Source of the DNA: Chrysomallon squamiferum
Lineage: Eukaryota > Animalia > Mollusca
Assembly (NCBI GenBank): GCA_012295275.1
Contig: CM022669.1
Coordinates: 9,176,001 to 9,240,000 of the forward strand
DNA length: 64,000 nucleotides
Reading direction: 5' to 3'
The first letter of the stretch is position 1, and each line of letters starts with the position of its first letter. Shown here piece after piece: positions 39,746 through 54,444 of the stretch. Both the position numbers and the translations under genes were made by a program. The notes under the pieces were generated by a model. The model was not told the origin of the DNA. It made no database searches and saw only the letters and a list, made by a program, of their open reading frames with translations.

Positions 39746-42544
39746 GTTTTTATCATCGTGTCTCAGTATGTCGTTTTATCATCTGTCTAACCTCCAAGAC
39801 CTCTAATTGCATCATCTTCCTATCGCACATGTTTGTTTTTATTATCCCAGTCTAACCTAACTCAGGTTGTCCATACAATTTTACAACGCTTCCCACTATT
39901 TCTCGATTCATTTCGCATCACAAAAGCTTTTTCATGTTTCCTTAGTTACACCAAATAGTTTTGACCTGTCCTCTAATCAAAAAGTCGTTCATAAAAGCAG
40001 CGGGAATGGTTCTGTCTTCGAGTTGCCAATAAATACCTCTGTTGTCATATTAGCCGTGATTAATGTTTTTCCAAAACAAATCTTTTAGAGGAGAAGAGAA
40101 ATTCAGGGTCTAATGCCGACAGAAAGTTTCTGGGTTTGGTGTTTTTTTTAATCTTCCTACGTCAGCGTTAACACGTTTACAACATCATTCTGTTGTTTGT
40201 TTCCACTCTGAGATCTGTCAACTTGTCACCTGTTTTGTTTTTCTTACTCTTGTTTGCGTTTTTTATTTTCAGTTTTTTTTTTTCTAGTACAAGTATTTTG
40301 TAACTGCCTTTTTTTTCTTCAGTTTCTTTTTTTTTTTTTTTTTTTTGGCGTTTTCTGTTATTATCATTAACAACAATAGCAGCGATAGTAGTAGTAGTAG
40401 AGGTAGTAGTAGTAGTAGTAGTAGAAATAATAGCAGTGATAACAGAAGTTGTAGTGATAATAACGCAGTAATAATAATAATAGTAATAACAGAAGTAAAA
40501 ATAATAATAGTAGTTGTAGTAGTTGTTGTAGTAGACGTATCGCAATATAAATGTATTTTATAACACCCTCGCACGCAACACATGCCTATATACACACCAC
40601 ACACACCATACACACATACTCACACACTCAGACACACACACACACAACATTTACACATACAGACATATAACAAATATACATATAAACGTAGACACTTCCA
40701 TTAACACGGGCTCGCAGAAAGACACACAAACATTCTCTGTTAAAACGAACACACGAGTAGAGAAATATACTGACACAATTGTGAATGTTCTCTGTAGATC
40801 ACGCTGGCTGTTTTGCAGTGATGTACTTTGGACCTGATCAATGTACAGTTTATTAATACGAGACTGAAACGTGTTATCCTCACATCGCTCAGAAATCAAA
40901 AACGACGACGTTTTGCAGACGTTTCATTTATTTCTGTCACTCTGTTGAACACATCAGCTCGACACAGAGGATTTTTTTTTTTTTTCTAACGACAAAGCGG
41001 CCCGCGAAACAGAAACCGTTTCAATTTTAAACAAATCTTGCAGTGGATTGAAGAGGACGTCACAGTTACATTACATCGCAATAACTCAAATAAACTGCTA
41101 GTAAAAGTAATTCGAGGAAAACGAGGTCTGTTTAATGTTGCATTTATTTTTGTGGAGTTTTTTTTTTTTTTTTTTTTTTTATTCCAGTTTCATAACATTT
41201 CAGTGTGTCTTCAATTTCGAATTTTCTGACTTGGTAAAGAGATTGGGTACACAACAAGCGTTCTTGGACCATTTTTGTTATGGAATCGTCTTTCACAAAT
41301 TGCCTAAATTATCAACGTCAATTGACTTAATGATCAGCCAGTAGCGTGTTTGGACTCATTTCTGAATGTATTGATCTTTTCAAATTCCATTTAATCACTT
41401 CTCGTTACATCCACTGTAGTAGCTGTCAGAATCCATAGCAGTAATATAGTCTGTATTTATGTTATGTTATATTATTTATTTATTTACATGTAATTATTAT
41501 TTTTTTTTTTTTTTGGTTTATTTGCACGGACTTACTTATAAAACAGTCTCTGTGTTTACCAGACACAAAGAGTATAAAACATTCAGACTGATATAGCAGT
41601 TTGACACTGAGTAATCCTCTGTTTTAGGATTCTCTGTAGCTTGTTATTTTATTTTATTTATTTTTCATTCATTGATTCAGTTATTCATTTATTTATTCTG
41701 TAGTCATTTCCTAGCTCATTACATTGTTTATTCGGCTTCGTCTTTTTATCTTTTTCAACTAATTCCTCTAACATATTATGTCAATTGTATTCCACATACT
41801 ATGGTTCTGTCAAACATTGAGGCTGTCTGTAGTTAATTGCACAGATCAAGCATGAGACGGAGTTTGCCACAAGATCTATCCTACTCGGTGATCTTACTTT
41901 GAGTAAGAGCTAAATAACTGACTTATCAAACGTCTTGGCACGTGCTGTCCTGTATACAGAATGACGCATGCAAAATAATCTGAAAGAAAACGAATAGTTT
42001 CTTGTATGACAGCTAAAACAAAATGTCTCTCTTGTATCTGAGCCACTGTTTTATGGCGCGTGCAGCCTCGATTTAATAATACGCTGAGGACGACTTTAAA
42101 AAATAATAAAAAAATAAAAAAAGAAGAACCATAACAAACAAACAAAAAAATCTCTTCCATTCTTCCTGCTATCCAGACGTTCTTACGATAAAAGATAGCG
42201 ACATTTCAACAGGAAGAGTAGAAATCGATCCCACAAACCTTTGCATTTCCTTTGGGACAAAAAAAGGTGAACGGTAAAAAAAACAAGGGACGCCTTATTA
42301 AAAGTTTCTGGTGGAGACGACTGAAGTGAGTGCACAGGCAGGCTGTGGTTTGTGATTTATCACTGGAACGTTATTCTATAAGTTGTGAATCCAGTCAATT
42401 GATACTTGCTACGAAAATCTTCTATCATTAACTCTAAGAAAGGCTGCAGATGCTATATTAAATTTTAAATATATTTTTAAATAATTTGTATCGTTATCGT
42501 TGTAACAAGTACTATTACCACTATTTGTACTACCACTGCTGCTG

Positions 42545-42629
<85 letters not shown>

Positions 42630-42792
42630 TATTATTATTATTATTATTATTATTATGCATAATCCTTTTTTTTTTTCCTTCTTTTCTGGGGATTTAATTT
42701 TGTTTTACTTTTGTTTCTTTTTTTATTGACTTCATGTGTCGTAAAAACATTGTTTTACTTCTATGCCAGTGTTAATAATTTTTCTAAATATG

Positions 42793-43180
42793 TAAGCGAG
42801 ATATTAATTATTCTAGATTTAAGCGAGGTATTAACTGTTCTAGATTTAAGTGAGTTATTAACTGTTCTAGATTTAAGCGAGGTATTAACTGTTCAAGATA
42901 TAAGCGAGGTATTAACTGTTCTAGATTTAAGCGAGGTATTAACTGTTCTAGATTTAAGCGAGGTACCAACTGTTCTAGATTTAAGCGAGGTATTAACTGT
43001 TCTGGATTTAAGCGAGCTACTAACTGTTCTAGATTTAAGCGAGGTATTAACTGTTGTAGATTTAAGCGAGGTACTAACTGTTGTAGATTTAAGCGAGCTG
43101 CTAACTGTTCTAGATTTAAGCGAGTTAGTAACTGTTCTAGATTTAAGCGAGGTATTAACTGTTCTGGATTTAAGCGAGGA
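42793..43180. repeat. 27-bp minisatellite (CTAGATTTAAGCGAGGTATTAACTGTT), ~14 copies
   Basis: Read directly; the 9-codon period produces the repetitive ORFs on both strands. Confidence 0.95.
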
Positions 43181-44162
43181 TTATTCGGCATGTTACAAGA
43201 TTCGTGTGGCCATCAAAGACTCGTTTCTCTCGCTAATTAAACGCGATCTCCTGAACCGCGAGTGAAAACCGCTGATAAAACTCGTGATGAATTAACCAGC
43301 AGCCAACGAATCACGTCTGCTTGTACGACAGCTCAAATACTGCTCCAGTATCGCAGCCGTCGTCGTGTACGTCAACGATTAAGTCGTGCCAAACAAGACC
43401 ACGGTTATCGAGTTCTCATCGGCTTAAAATATTTAAACAATGACGGTCGTTCGAAACACGACAGCGATTTGAAGACGAAAATGAACTCGAGTTTTATGTT
43501 GTTTTGAGTGTGGAGTGGGAACATAAAAGTGAGATGCTACACTTAGTGTACGTTTCGAGCAAGTTTCGCTGAATGATGAATGAGTCTGTGTATTGTCTGT
43601 TAAATAAGTTATGTGTAGGTTAATCTCTCTATTACTGTACTAGCTGTAGTTATTATATATTTATGAAAACTGTGTAAGTTAGGGTTCGTTCAGCAGTTCA
43701 GTACAGAGAACTAGGTTTTCTGTGATTATGTAAGAATATCAGATCTTGACTGTGAAGCTCTCTGTGGGGTCTTTTTGCTTCTTTGTTTATTTCTTTATTT
43801 ATTAGTTTATTTATTTCACTTCGTTTTGTTTTGTTTTCTTGTTGTCATTGTTGTTTCTGGTATTTTGTTCCATATAGCTGCCCAATCAGTTGTATATCAA
43901 AATTATTTCTTGTCAGATGGAAAAAAACATGTATGTATCTTGCTTTTGAAACGATAACCATTTTTTATTTATTTATTTATTTATTTTTAAATCCTTAATG
44001 ATGTTACTAATACTTCTAATATTACTAGCATCAGTACTAATAGTAGTAGTAGTAGTAGTAGAGTAGTAACAGTAGTAAGAGTTATTGTTGTAGTAGTAAT
44101 AGTAATAGTAGTAGTAGTAATGGTAGATGAGTTGTTGTTGTTGCTGTAGTAGTAATAGTAGC

Positions 44163-44198
<36 letters not shown>

Positions 44199-46595
44199 TG
44201 TAGTAGTAGATGATTTGCTGTAGAAGTTATAGCTGTAGTAGCTGTAGTAGCAATTTAAACACACTAGTAATTCAATAATCTAAACTATATTAACAGAGAT
44301 TTACAATTTACAGAAATAGAATTATTTAGTTTCGACTCTATTATATCGTTTCATCTTTAATCAAGTCTTTTATTTTATTCCTCGAACCAAATTAAGAATA
44401 TAATATAGTTCAAGAAACTGTTTTCTTCTGAAACGTGGGAAATAGAAAAAACGAATTCTGTTTTAAATCATTCTGTAATGTTTAAATTTTCTCTCAGAAG
44501 TGGAGCTTGAGATCAAATTAAAGAGAAAGTGTTCTTGAAAACGTTAATATCTGATTCATTTTCGTTCTGCTTTGAACATTTGCAGTTCATCATTTTAATT
44601 AAACGCCTTTAGCAATTGTAGTGAAAGTAGGTTAGAGTGGTAACAGTAGTAGTAGTATAAATATTAGTAATAACAGTAGTGGTAGTAAAGTAGTAATGGT
44701 AATAGAAGTAGTAGCAGTAGTAATAGTAACTAGTAGTAGTAGAAATATTTGTTGTAATAGCAGTAGTAGCATTAACAGCAATAGCAGAAGAAATGGTTAT
44801 AGTTCACAAGTAGTAATAGAAGTAGTAGTAGTAGTAGTAGTAGTTGTAATAGTAGTAGTAGTAATAGCAGAAGTACCAATAGAACAGCAGTAGCACCAGT
44901 AATGGTAGTGGTAGTAGTAGTAGTTGTTGTTGTTGTAGTGGTTGTGGTAGCTGTAGTTTAGTGTTACGGCTGACAGGTTTTATTTCTCTAACAGATAGTA
45001 ATCTACTATTTCGTACAAAAACACTGATCTGTTTTTCTGTATTTGAGAAGGTCAATATAAAAAATCTGTTTTTGCTGAAACGTTAAATGTGACCAAGTAT
45101 GATCAAACAGATCATTATTTATTAATATGTTGAGTTCGTTAATTTGATTTGTGTTTCCCTTCAGTGAACACATTCAAATCTCATTCATCAATGGCACGTT
45201 TAAAATCTGCTGGGTCGAAAATCTGATTTTTTAAATTTAAAAAAAAAAAATAATAATAATAATAATGTTGATTGTTTTTACCAATAATAATAATTTTAAT
45301 AATAATAATAATAATAATAATAACCGTCATCATCACAATCATAAAAAAAAAAAAAAAATAAATAAATAAAGAAGTAATAAATAATTCAATAAATTAATAA
45401 ATACACAGATAAACAGTCAAGTAATAAAATAAATAAAAAACACTTTCTTCAGCTAGTTTCTGAGATGCTAATTAAATATATAAAAATAGGTTTACTTTTT
45501 TATCTCAGGTAACATATCAAAGTAACACCGCTTTTCTTTTTCTTTTTCTTTTCTTGTTTTTTTCGACATCTGATCGGCTTGTCGGGATAATAAACATATC
45601 TCTATTAAAAGGCAAACTTTCTTTGTTTTCCACAGCCAGCGTTCAGTCGGTGTGTTTATTGTCTTTTGCCGTAAGTTTGTCGATAAATTACTGCTATAAA
45701 AGCCAACATTCGATCGCCCTTATTTATTTAGAATCTTTTGCTGTTTGATTATTGCTGCGGCAAGTCTGAAATTCATAACGGGTTCAAAGGCTGAACTGCC
45801 GTTTGTTTCGCCGTATTGATATTATTTCATCATTGCGATTTCTAATGCGGTTTGATGTACCTTGAATTTCCATATCGCATAGCCCGTTTCATCTCACACT
45901 CAGCGTTTATGATCGCTGAAACAGAGACTAAGAATCGCGCTCGTTTAACGCAGCAGTGCAGATAATGAACTTCCTGGGTTATCGAGGATGTCTCGATTTC
46001 GCAATAATAGCGTAGAGTTCTCTCCCTTTGTTTGCTGTTTTTTTTAGCCGCGCCTACGCGATGTGATCTCTTTTTATGAGGTGGAAGATTAACTTATAAA
46101 TCTGAACACACACGGGTCGTTTGAATTTATCTTTTATCTTGGATTTTTTTTCTCTCTGTTTTTAATTTTTTTATTTGAGAAATATTTTGTATAGCTTCGT
46201 TTTTTTGCTTTTAATCTGTTATCCATAGTGTCTTTCACCTTTTCACTGTCTTCATTATTTCCATCATCATCGCCGTCGTCATTGTTTAGATGTGCTATTA
46301 ATAGAATGATTATCAACGCTGTCACGATTAACACGCATGTGTGATACTAACATCACCATTATCGTTACTGCACGTAATAAAGGTATATCAATTAGACCCA
46401 TATCTCACCTGTGATGCAATTTAATATCGATAAAATATCATAACGATATCGATCTAACTAACTGTATTGATATTTCATTTACATGATTATAGACTTCATT
46501 TCATCGATAAAATATCAAATGACATTAAATATTCCTTTTCATCGTCCTGTTCCAGTTGTAATTCGCATTTGAGATCCCTAAAATTGGATATATTC

Positions 46596-46729
<134 letters not shown>

Positions 46730-46995
46730 TTAAAACTGTAGCCATATCAGTTTGACATTTATGGTTCTGCCATGTCATGGTTATCGTTTCAATTTTCACA
46801 TAAGTACAACTTTAAAATGAAGTAAAAATACACATGTCGATAATCGATCAAATTAAATTTGATAGCCTTTATATATATATAATAATGTAAATATTTGTTT
46901 CATGTATTTATAATTTGACAGTAATTTGGAAATAACGTCCACATTTTCCGAAATATCGATATTCTGTTAAAAGGTTTTCTTACTTTGTTCCTCTG

Positions 46996-47037
<42 letters not shown>

Positions 47038-47046
47038 GTTATTGTT

Positions 47047-47087
<41 letters not shown>

Positions 47088-47135
47088 CGTTATCATTATC
47101 ATTTTTTATTTATTTATTTATTTATTTAATTTCAG

Positions 47136-47266
47136 ATGTGTACGACTATGAAGAAATGGGTTATCACCCCACTCCATATTTTCTTCCCACGCCCACAAAC
47201 GTGACAGTGAGGGCGGGTGATCTGGCCATCTTGCCTTGTTCCATTCGACACCTCGGCACAAAACAG
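47136..47266 (+). CDS. Dpr/ZIG-8-like Ig protein exon (start of Ig1)
   Basis: TTTCAG acceptor; CAG|GTACGT donor. Translates (D)VYDYEEMGYHPTPYFLPTPTNVTVRAGDLAILPCSIRHLGTKQ, the Dpr-type PxF...NVT..G..A.L.C.I..LG pattern. Confidence 0.92.
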
Positions 47267-47371
47267 GTACGTGACACGTTTCTTACGTCAGCATTGTGTT
47301 CTTGTTAGTAGTAACCTGCTCCGTAATTAACTAACCCATCAGAAGAACTAAATAATCATAAATCAATAAGA

Positions 47372-47787
47372 CGTAAGTAAATACGTAACTAAAATAAATA
47401 CGTAAGTAAGTAAGTAAATACGCAAGTAAGTAGGTACTTAAGTAAATACATAAGTAAGTAAACACGTAAGTAAGTAAATACGTAAGTAAGTCGTAAGTAA
47501 ATAAGTATTTACGTCGCTAAGTAAGTGAGTGTGTAAGTAAGTAAGTAAATACGTAAGTAAGTAAGTACCTAAGTAAGTAAGTACGTAAATAAGTAAGTAA
47601 ATACGTAGGTAAGTAAGTAAGTAAGAGAGTAAATAAGTAAATATGTCAGTAAGTAAGTGAGTGAGTAAGTAAGTAAGTAAATACGTAAGTAAGTAAGTAC
47701 GTAAATAAGTAAATAAATACGTAGGTAAGTAAGTAAATACGTTAGTAAGTAAGTAACTAAAAACGTACGTAAGTAAGTAAGTAGGTA
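47372..47787 (+). repeat. (TAAG)n/GTAAATAC degenerate satellite in the intron splitting Ig1
   Basis: Many GTAAGT hexamers; AG|GTAAGT at 47607-47614 and 47723-47730. Confidence 0.9.
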
Positions 47788-48009
47788 AAATCATTATAGT
47801 TTCGAGGAGAACAGTTTATGACTGAGAATGAAGAAAATATCATGTTCGATACTGACGTTACAAATAATGATGATATCTGTCCGTGCAAATAATTATAATA
47901 TATATTAACGAGTTTTAGTCCATTAGATCGAAAAAACAAAGCAGAAACGTCTGACACACTTACGTGTTACTAGTTCAGAGGTTGTCTTTCTTACTGGGGA
48001 TGTTTTCAG

Positions 48010-48229
48010 GTTGCCTGGGGACGACTTGGAGAGGATCACTTCATCACTATTGGGACGTTCACGTGGGTGAAGGACAAACGGTTTGTCGTTCAGCACCGTG
48101 AGCTGAGCGGGAAGGTGACGGACTGGAATCTGTTGATCAAGGACGTCACCAGTCAGTATTCGGGTGACTATGAGTGTCAGATCTCAACCAAGGAGAAGAT
48201 TTCGCGACACGTTCACTTAAGTGTTGTAG
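48010..48229 (+). CDS. Dpr/ZIG-8-like Ig protein exon (rest of Ig1)
   Basis: TTTTCAG acceptor; G|GTGAGC donor. Translates VAWGRLGEDHFITIGTFTWVKDKRF...DWNLLIKDV...SGDYECQISTKEKISRHVHLSVV, with the Dpr hallmarks VxW.R...T.G..T...D.RF, W.L.I and YECQ(V/I)S. Confidence 0.95.
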
Positions 48230-48252
48230 GTGAGCGTCAGTTTCGTACTAGC

Positions 48253-48710
48253 AAGTGAAAATATCTCACAGTTTATTTATAAATTTAAATGTAGTAGGTA
48301 AGTTTGTTTTAACAAGTAAAATATCTCACAGTTAATTTATAAATTTAAATATAGTAGATAAGTTTGTTTTAACAAGTAAAAATATCTCACAGTTAATTTA
48401 TAAATTTAAATATAGTAGATAAGTTTGTTTTAACAAGTAAAATATCTCACAGTTAATTTATAAATTTAAATATAGTAGGTAAGATTGTTCTAACAAATAA
48501 AATATCTCAAATTAATTACAAATTTAAATATAGTAGATAAATTTGTTTTAACAAGTAAAATATCTGACGATTAATTATAAATTTAAACATAGATGGTAAG
48601 ATTGTTCTAGCAAATAAAATATCTCAAATTAATTACAAATTTAAATATAGTAGATAAATTTGTTTTAACAAGTAAAATATCTGACGATTAATTATAAATT
48701 TGAATATACA
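48253..48710. repeat. ~58-61-bp AT-rich minisatellite, ~8 copies, intronic
   Basis: Unit AAGTAAAATATCTCACAGTTAATTTATAAATTTAAATATAGTAGATAAGTTTGTTTTAAC; later copies alternate between two variants. Confidence 0.92.
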
Positions 48711-49458
48711 GGTGAAAGTTAAATTACAATTATTAGCAAATTAGAACATAAACAATCAATTATTATCAGTTGTTATTTCTATCGCTTTTGTTCCAAAGTA
48801 TAGTTTACAAACCACTCGTGTTGATTAGCAGCAAGAAATATTTTAGGTGCACCTTCCCGTTAACGGGATAATAAGTACAAACAGATCTGATAAAGCAAAT
48901 GTTGCTCTTTGTTGCAAATGGTAGAAATTCGAAGCAGATGAGGACTGAAATTGTTATTCAGGCGAACCTCTGATCACGTAGTCACTGCAGTTGTAACACA
49001 TCACTGTAGATGTTGTTGTTGTGCACATTCACTAATGACTGACCGTTTTACTCGTGTTGTGATCAATTAAACTGTGACAGCACAAATGGCGTAGATTATA
49101 ATTAAGTTTCAAGGTGTTGTAACAAGGAGTTAGATATCCTGTCTTTATCACTACAGTTTGTAATTTTTAAACAGAAAACAGAAACTGGTTTTCATCGAGC
49201 ATTTCCATGTAGCATCAGTACCATTATATCTTTATCATCGTCGTCATCATCACCATCTCATCATCATCATCATTATTATTATTCTGGTTGTTGCTGTTAT
49301 ATTATTATAATCATCATCACAATCATCATCATCATCATCATCATTATTATTATGGTTGTTCATTATTATTATTCACCATCATTATATTATCGTTATCATC
49401 ATTAATAATATTATTATTTATTTATTTATCTTTATTTATAATAATTATTATAATATTA

Positions 49459-49554
<96 letters not shown>

Positions 49555-49850
49555 TATACACTCTTCGGACTTCAAAACGTCTTCATTGTTCTAAATTCGG
49601 GTGATGATGAATCACTGATTCCCACGTTTAACATTACAATACATTATTTATCAAACACGTGAAAGTTTTGGTCTCTGAAGAACACTGATTCGATCACACC
49701 TAGTGATCATAGACGTGTAAATGTCCCTTGTCGAAAAAAAAAAAAAAAAAAAACAGGACACGACAAGAACTGAAGAGATTAGAAATATCCACAATACTTG
49801 ACATCCTCAAGTCGAGGAGAAATCGTGATAGAGGAGTGAGAATCTGGGAA

Positions 49851-50003
49851 CAGCCAATATTATGTTTTATTTTTTTTTTTTTTTTTTTTTTTTTGTTACG
49901 TAAAATTTGCCCAGATATAAATTTACAGCCAATATTATGTTTTATTTTTATTTTTATTTTGTTTTGTTTTATTTTGTTACGTAAAACTTGCTCAGATATA
50001 AAT
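49851..50003. repeat. ~75-bp direct tandem duplication
   Basis: CAGCCAATATTATGTTTTATTTTT...GTTACGTAAAAyTTGCyCAGATATAAAT occurs twice. Confidence 0.85.
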
Positions 50004-50086
50004 GCAATATGAAGAAATTAAGAATGTTTTCTCTGGGTAACAAATAACGTTTCAACAACAGTGAATAATAAAGTTAGTTTTCGTAA

Positions 50087-50151
<65 letters not shown>

Positions 50152-50282
50152 TAATAATGAGATAAGAATTCAAAAATAATAATAAATAAAAAAATATATA
50201 ATGTATAATATATATACATATCTATATCTATATATCTCTCTCTCTATATATATAGATATATCTATATCTATATATATATATC

Positions 50283-50319
<37 letters not shown>

Positions 50320-50607
50320 AACCAAAATTCAAAGAAAATAATAAAAAATAATAAGAACATAAAAGATTAAAACTCGAAACAAGATAAAATTATTTAGGAT
50401 AATAAATAACAATAAAAAAAAAAAAAAAAAAAAATAATAAAACTATGAAAAACTTTTGTTTAGATTGATCAAAAGATTAAACAAGGTTTAAACATTACTT
50501 AATAACACAGCTACATCACCCAAACTTCTTTTAAACAGGCAAAACGATTCTGTCGTGAAAATATATTAAAACTCCTACCATTTTTTTTTTTTTTTTCTTC
50601 TTTCCAG

Positions 50608-50628
50608 GCCCCTATCCAAAGCGTCCAG
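50608..50628 (+). CDS. Dpr-like gene 21-nt micro-exon (Ig1-Ig2 linker, GPYPKRP)
   Basis: Long poly-T plus TTCCAG acceptor and CAG|GTAAGA donor; symmetric phase 1. Confidence 0.8.
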
Positions 50629-51757
50629 GTAAGAAATAAAAAGAATGAAAACGTTTTTCTTACAAGCTGTTTTTTTTTTTTTTTTTATTAGTCGTAGTCA
50701 GGTAGATTTTAACTACCCTGCATGTGATACGATTACGTAACATGTATGCTACAAAGTTGCTAGTGTATTATGACTAAAACAGTTTTTGAATGTGTAGACT
50801 GTTTTACTAAATGTGTGTGTGTGTGGGGGTGTATTTGTGGGGGGTGTATTTGTGGAGGGTTTGTGTGTGTGTGTGTGGATGCAATAAATTCGTCACTGTA
50901 TGAAAACGTGCCGTCTATAAATGTGTCAGTATGTTAATGTAGACTAGATACGTTTCAGTACTTAAAATATAAAATACATATAAAATATGAAATGTAGTAG
51001 TATTTGTGTAGTAGATAAATTTTATGTTCATGTGTGCCAGTTTTGGCTTGATGACTATAAAACATTTCTAGATTCTTGTGGGTTTTTTTTTTCATTTTTT
51101 TAAATTTTATTATTATTTATTACTATTACTACTACTACTAGTACTACTACTACTACTACTACTACTACTAGTAGTACTAGTACTACTACTACTACTACTA
51201 CTGGTACTACTACTATTACTACTACTACTAGTACTACTACTGTTGTTGTTGTTTATTTATGTTGTCGTTGTATCTTTTCTGAATATTTATAGGCTTGTTT
51301 GTTTGCTTGTTTTGGGGGTTTATTTGTTTGTTTGTTTATTCAGAATTATCAAATAATATTCTTTGTAAAAGTTTTAGCTGTCTGTTTGGGGTGGTTTAAA
51401 TTTGTTGTTTTGTTTGTGAAGATATCTGTTCTGTATTACAAACAGCCAATATTAGAGACAGGCATTTTGTTAATTTTTTGTTTGATTCTTTTTTGTCTTT
51501 TATTTATTTTATTATTATTTCTGTTGTTCTTGTTCTTGTTTCCATTGCTGCTCTGTGTTGTGTCATTTTCTTTGTTATTATTTAATTATCAGATTTTTTT
51601 TTTTTTTTGTTATTGTTGTTTTTTCTTGTTTCTTTTTTGTTGTTTGTTTTGTTGTTTTCAATTAATTAATTTTTTGTTGTTATTTAAGAACAAATATTTT
51701 GTTTCGTTTTGTTTTTCTTTTGCCGTTTATTTCTGTTTTGTATTTTTTATTATTTTA

Positions 51758-51790
<33 letters not shown>

Positions 51791-51880
51791 TTTCTTTCTT
51801 TATTTTATTTTATTTTATTTTATTAATTTTTTTTCTTACATTTTCTACGATTACACTTGTCATTTCGTCTTGTTGTTCAG

Positions 51881-52353
<473 letters not shown>

Positions 52354-52486
52354 CAAAGAAAACCAAAAAAAAACCCAAAGAAATGTAAAGTAAATGTATA
52401 GTAAGAAGATAGGAAAACAAGAAAAAAACAAAAAACAATAAACATAAAGATAATTTTCATCAATTATTGTTATTTTCTTTTTTCAG

Positions 52487-52510
52487 CTGACTCTCCAAAC
52501 GTAAAACGAG
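52487..52510 (+). CDS. Dpr-like gene 24-nt micro-exon ((A)DSPNVKR)
   Basis: TTTTTTCAG acceptor and GAG|GTACGT donor; symmetric phase 1. Confidence 0.8.
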
Positions 52511-52762
52511 GTACGTGTGTTTTAATGTCATATATCAAGTACGATATACTAGTACACCAGTAAATAAATTTGATTTCATCATATATTCAGCAACATCCTA
52601 ATTATGGAAATGAGTTTGTTTATCTTTGTGTATACGTGTGTGTTTGTTCGTGCATGTGCATGGATGTAAATGTAATATCTTAATAAGAAAAACAAGTTTC
52701 CAATATGATTTTGTTTTTGTTTTGTTAGCGCACGTTTGTGTTCCTTTTGTGTTGTGTGTATG

Positions 52763-52799
<37 letters not shown>

Positions 52800-52925
52800 C
52801 TATCAGAGTTTTTAAACAAAAAGCAAAAGTTATTTTTTACGTTTACAATAACAGATTTTGTTTTTGTTCCCTACAGATAAACATACTAATTTTGTTTTTT
52901 AATATTTAATTTTTTTATTTATCAG

Positions 52926-52967
52926 AACCAGGACGAACTCATTCAGATCAGACTATAGCATTAAAAA
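52926..52967 (+). CDS. Dpr-like gene 42-nt exon ((E)PGRTHSDQTIALK)
   Basis: T-rich tract plus ATCAG acceptor and GTAAGT donor at 52968; symmetric phase 1. Confidence 0.75.
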
Positions 52968-54444
52968 GTAAGTGTTTATTATTTTGTTCTGTCTGTTATT
53001 ATCTTTAATTTATATCTGCTATCTGTTTTTCAATAACGAAAGAGTCACAATAATGTAAGAAAATAATTTAGTAGTGATAAAGACTATGATAATAATCATG
53101 TCACAATTTGTAAATCTTTTTAAATTTGAAGACATCTGTGTTATCATGCATTGCTATTTCTCAAGATTATGATCTTTCGATTTCGGGATTTTGAGATTTC
53201 CATTAAAAAAAAGACATCGTGAATAGAGAAGCCAAAAAATTAAATAAAATAAAACAAAATAAAATGAAATAAATAACATGAAAAATTAAATTTTCCTAAA
53301 TAAATCATTTTTAACTTGTATTTAAATTTTGTTTATTTATTAATATCAAAGTCTGAAGTAAAAATAAAGACAATGAGATGGCAAAGTACCAAACTCGTTA
53401 AGATTATTTGTTCAAAACACCACCGATAAGAACCACGCGTATTTTTCTATTTGTCAGAAAGCGTTTGTGTATCAGAGACGTATCTTTATAAAACACACGC
53501 GATCTTATTTTATTCCTACCACTATCTGGAGACGTTTTAACTGCCTGCGTTTTTGTACGTTTTCTACGTCTGATTGCAAATGACAAAATATCTCCGTCAC
53601 TAGCGGGTTTCTCAGTGAAACCGTTTGACGAAACAAAGCGAGGTTCGCCGATAAGAACCCGCGTGATGGACACCCGGTGTCTGAGGAAGAAACCAACGAA
53701 CGGAAATGTCCGTCGTGTGTAAATTAGTTAATTTGCAAAACTCAGACATCGTAGATGGACGCAGAGATCTAGCCAGATAGGTTGTGTAATTACACGTGAG
53801 ATTGCGGGGAGAGTCTTTATCGTTGTTTGTGCGTCGGTCTATCAGATGAAGGACAGACTGATAAATAGATGTGTGCACACAGGTACAGATTTGTTTATAC
53901 GACGTACAGACAGACATCTACTCTCATATCTGTAGTGAAATATTTAAATGGAAGTATTAGGGGACTTAGCTTGTTGATTAGCGTGTCGAGTTGGATACGT
54001 CACAGGTCACGTGACTGAGTCTGGTCAAAAGACACAGTGTTTCTTAGAAAATTTCATAGAAAAGTTTAATGTTATTGACAATAAAACTGATATTAATAGT
54101 CAACTATGTTACAGCTTGTACTCTGCTGCAACTATTACCACCACTAGTAACCTGCTACTATTAATACTAATACAGATGCTACAGCTACTAGCAGTTTCTA
54201 CTGATATTACTATCACGACAAGTTCCTAATGTGCATACTACTGCTACCACAATCATTGTGTACATACTACTACTACTACAACAACCATTACAACTGACAG
54301 TACCACCACTTCTAGATTTATCGAGTACAGCTTCTATTAGTACTGCAGTTTATTATTATTTATTATTATTAATTATAATAATAATTAAAATGTTGTTGTA
54401 GTTGCTGTTAACGTAATTAATGATTATTCGTGTTTATGTTTTAG

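Noticed and set aside
42711-43265. 184-aa LRR-like ORF (VLTVLDLSE)n
   Set aside because: The 9-aa period is too short for an LRR, the conserved Asn is absent, and the ORF is fully explained by a 27-bp minisatellite.
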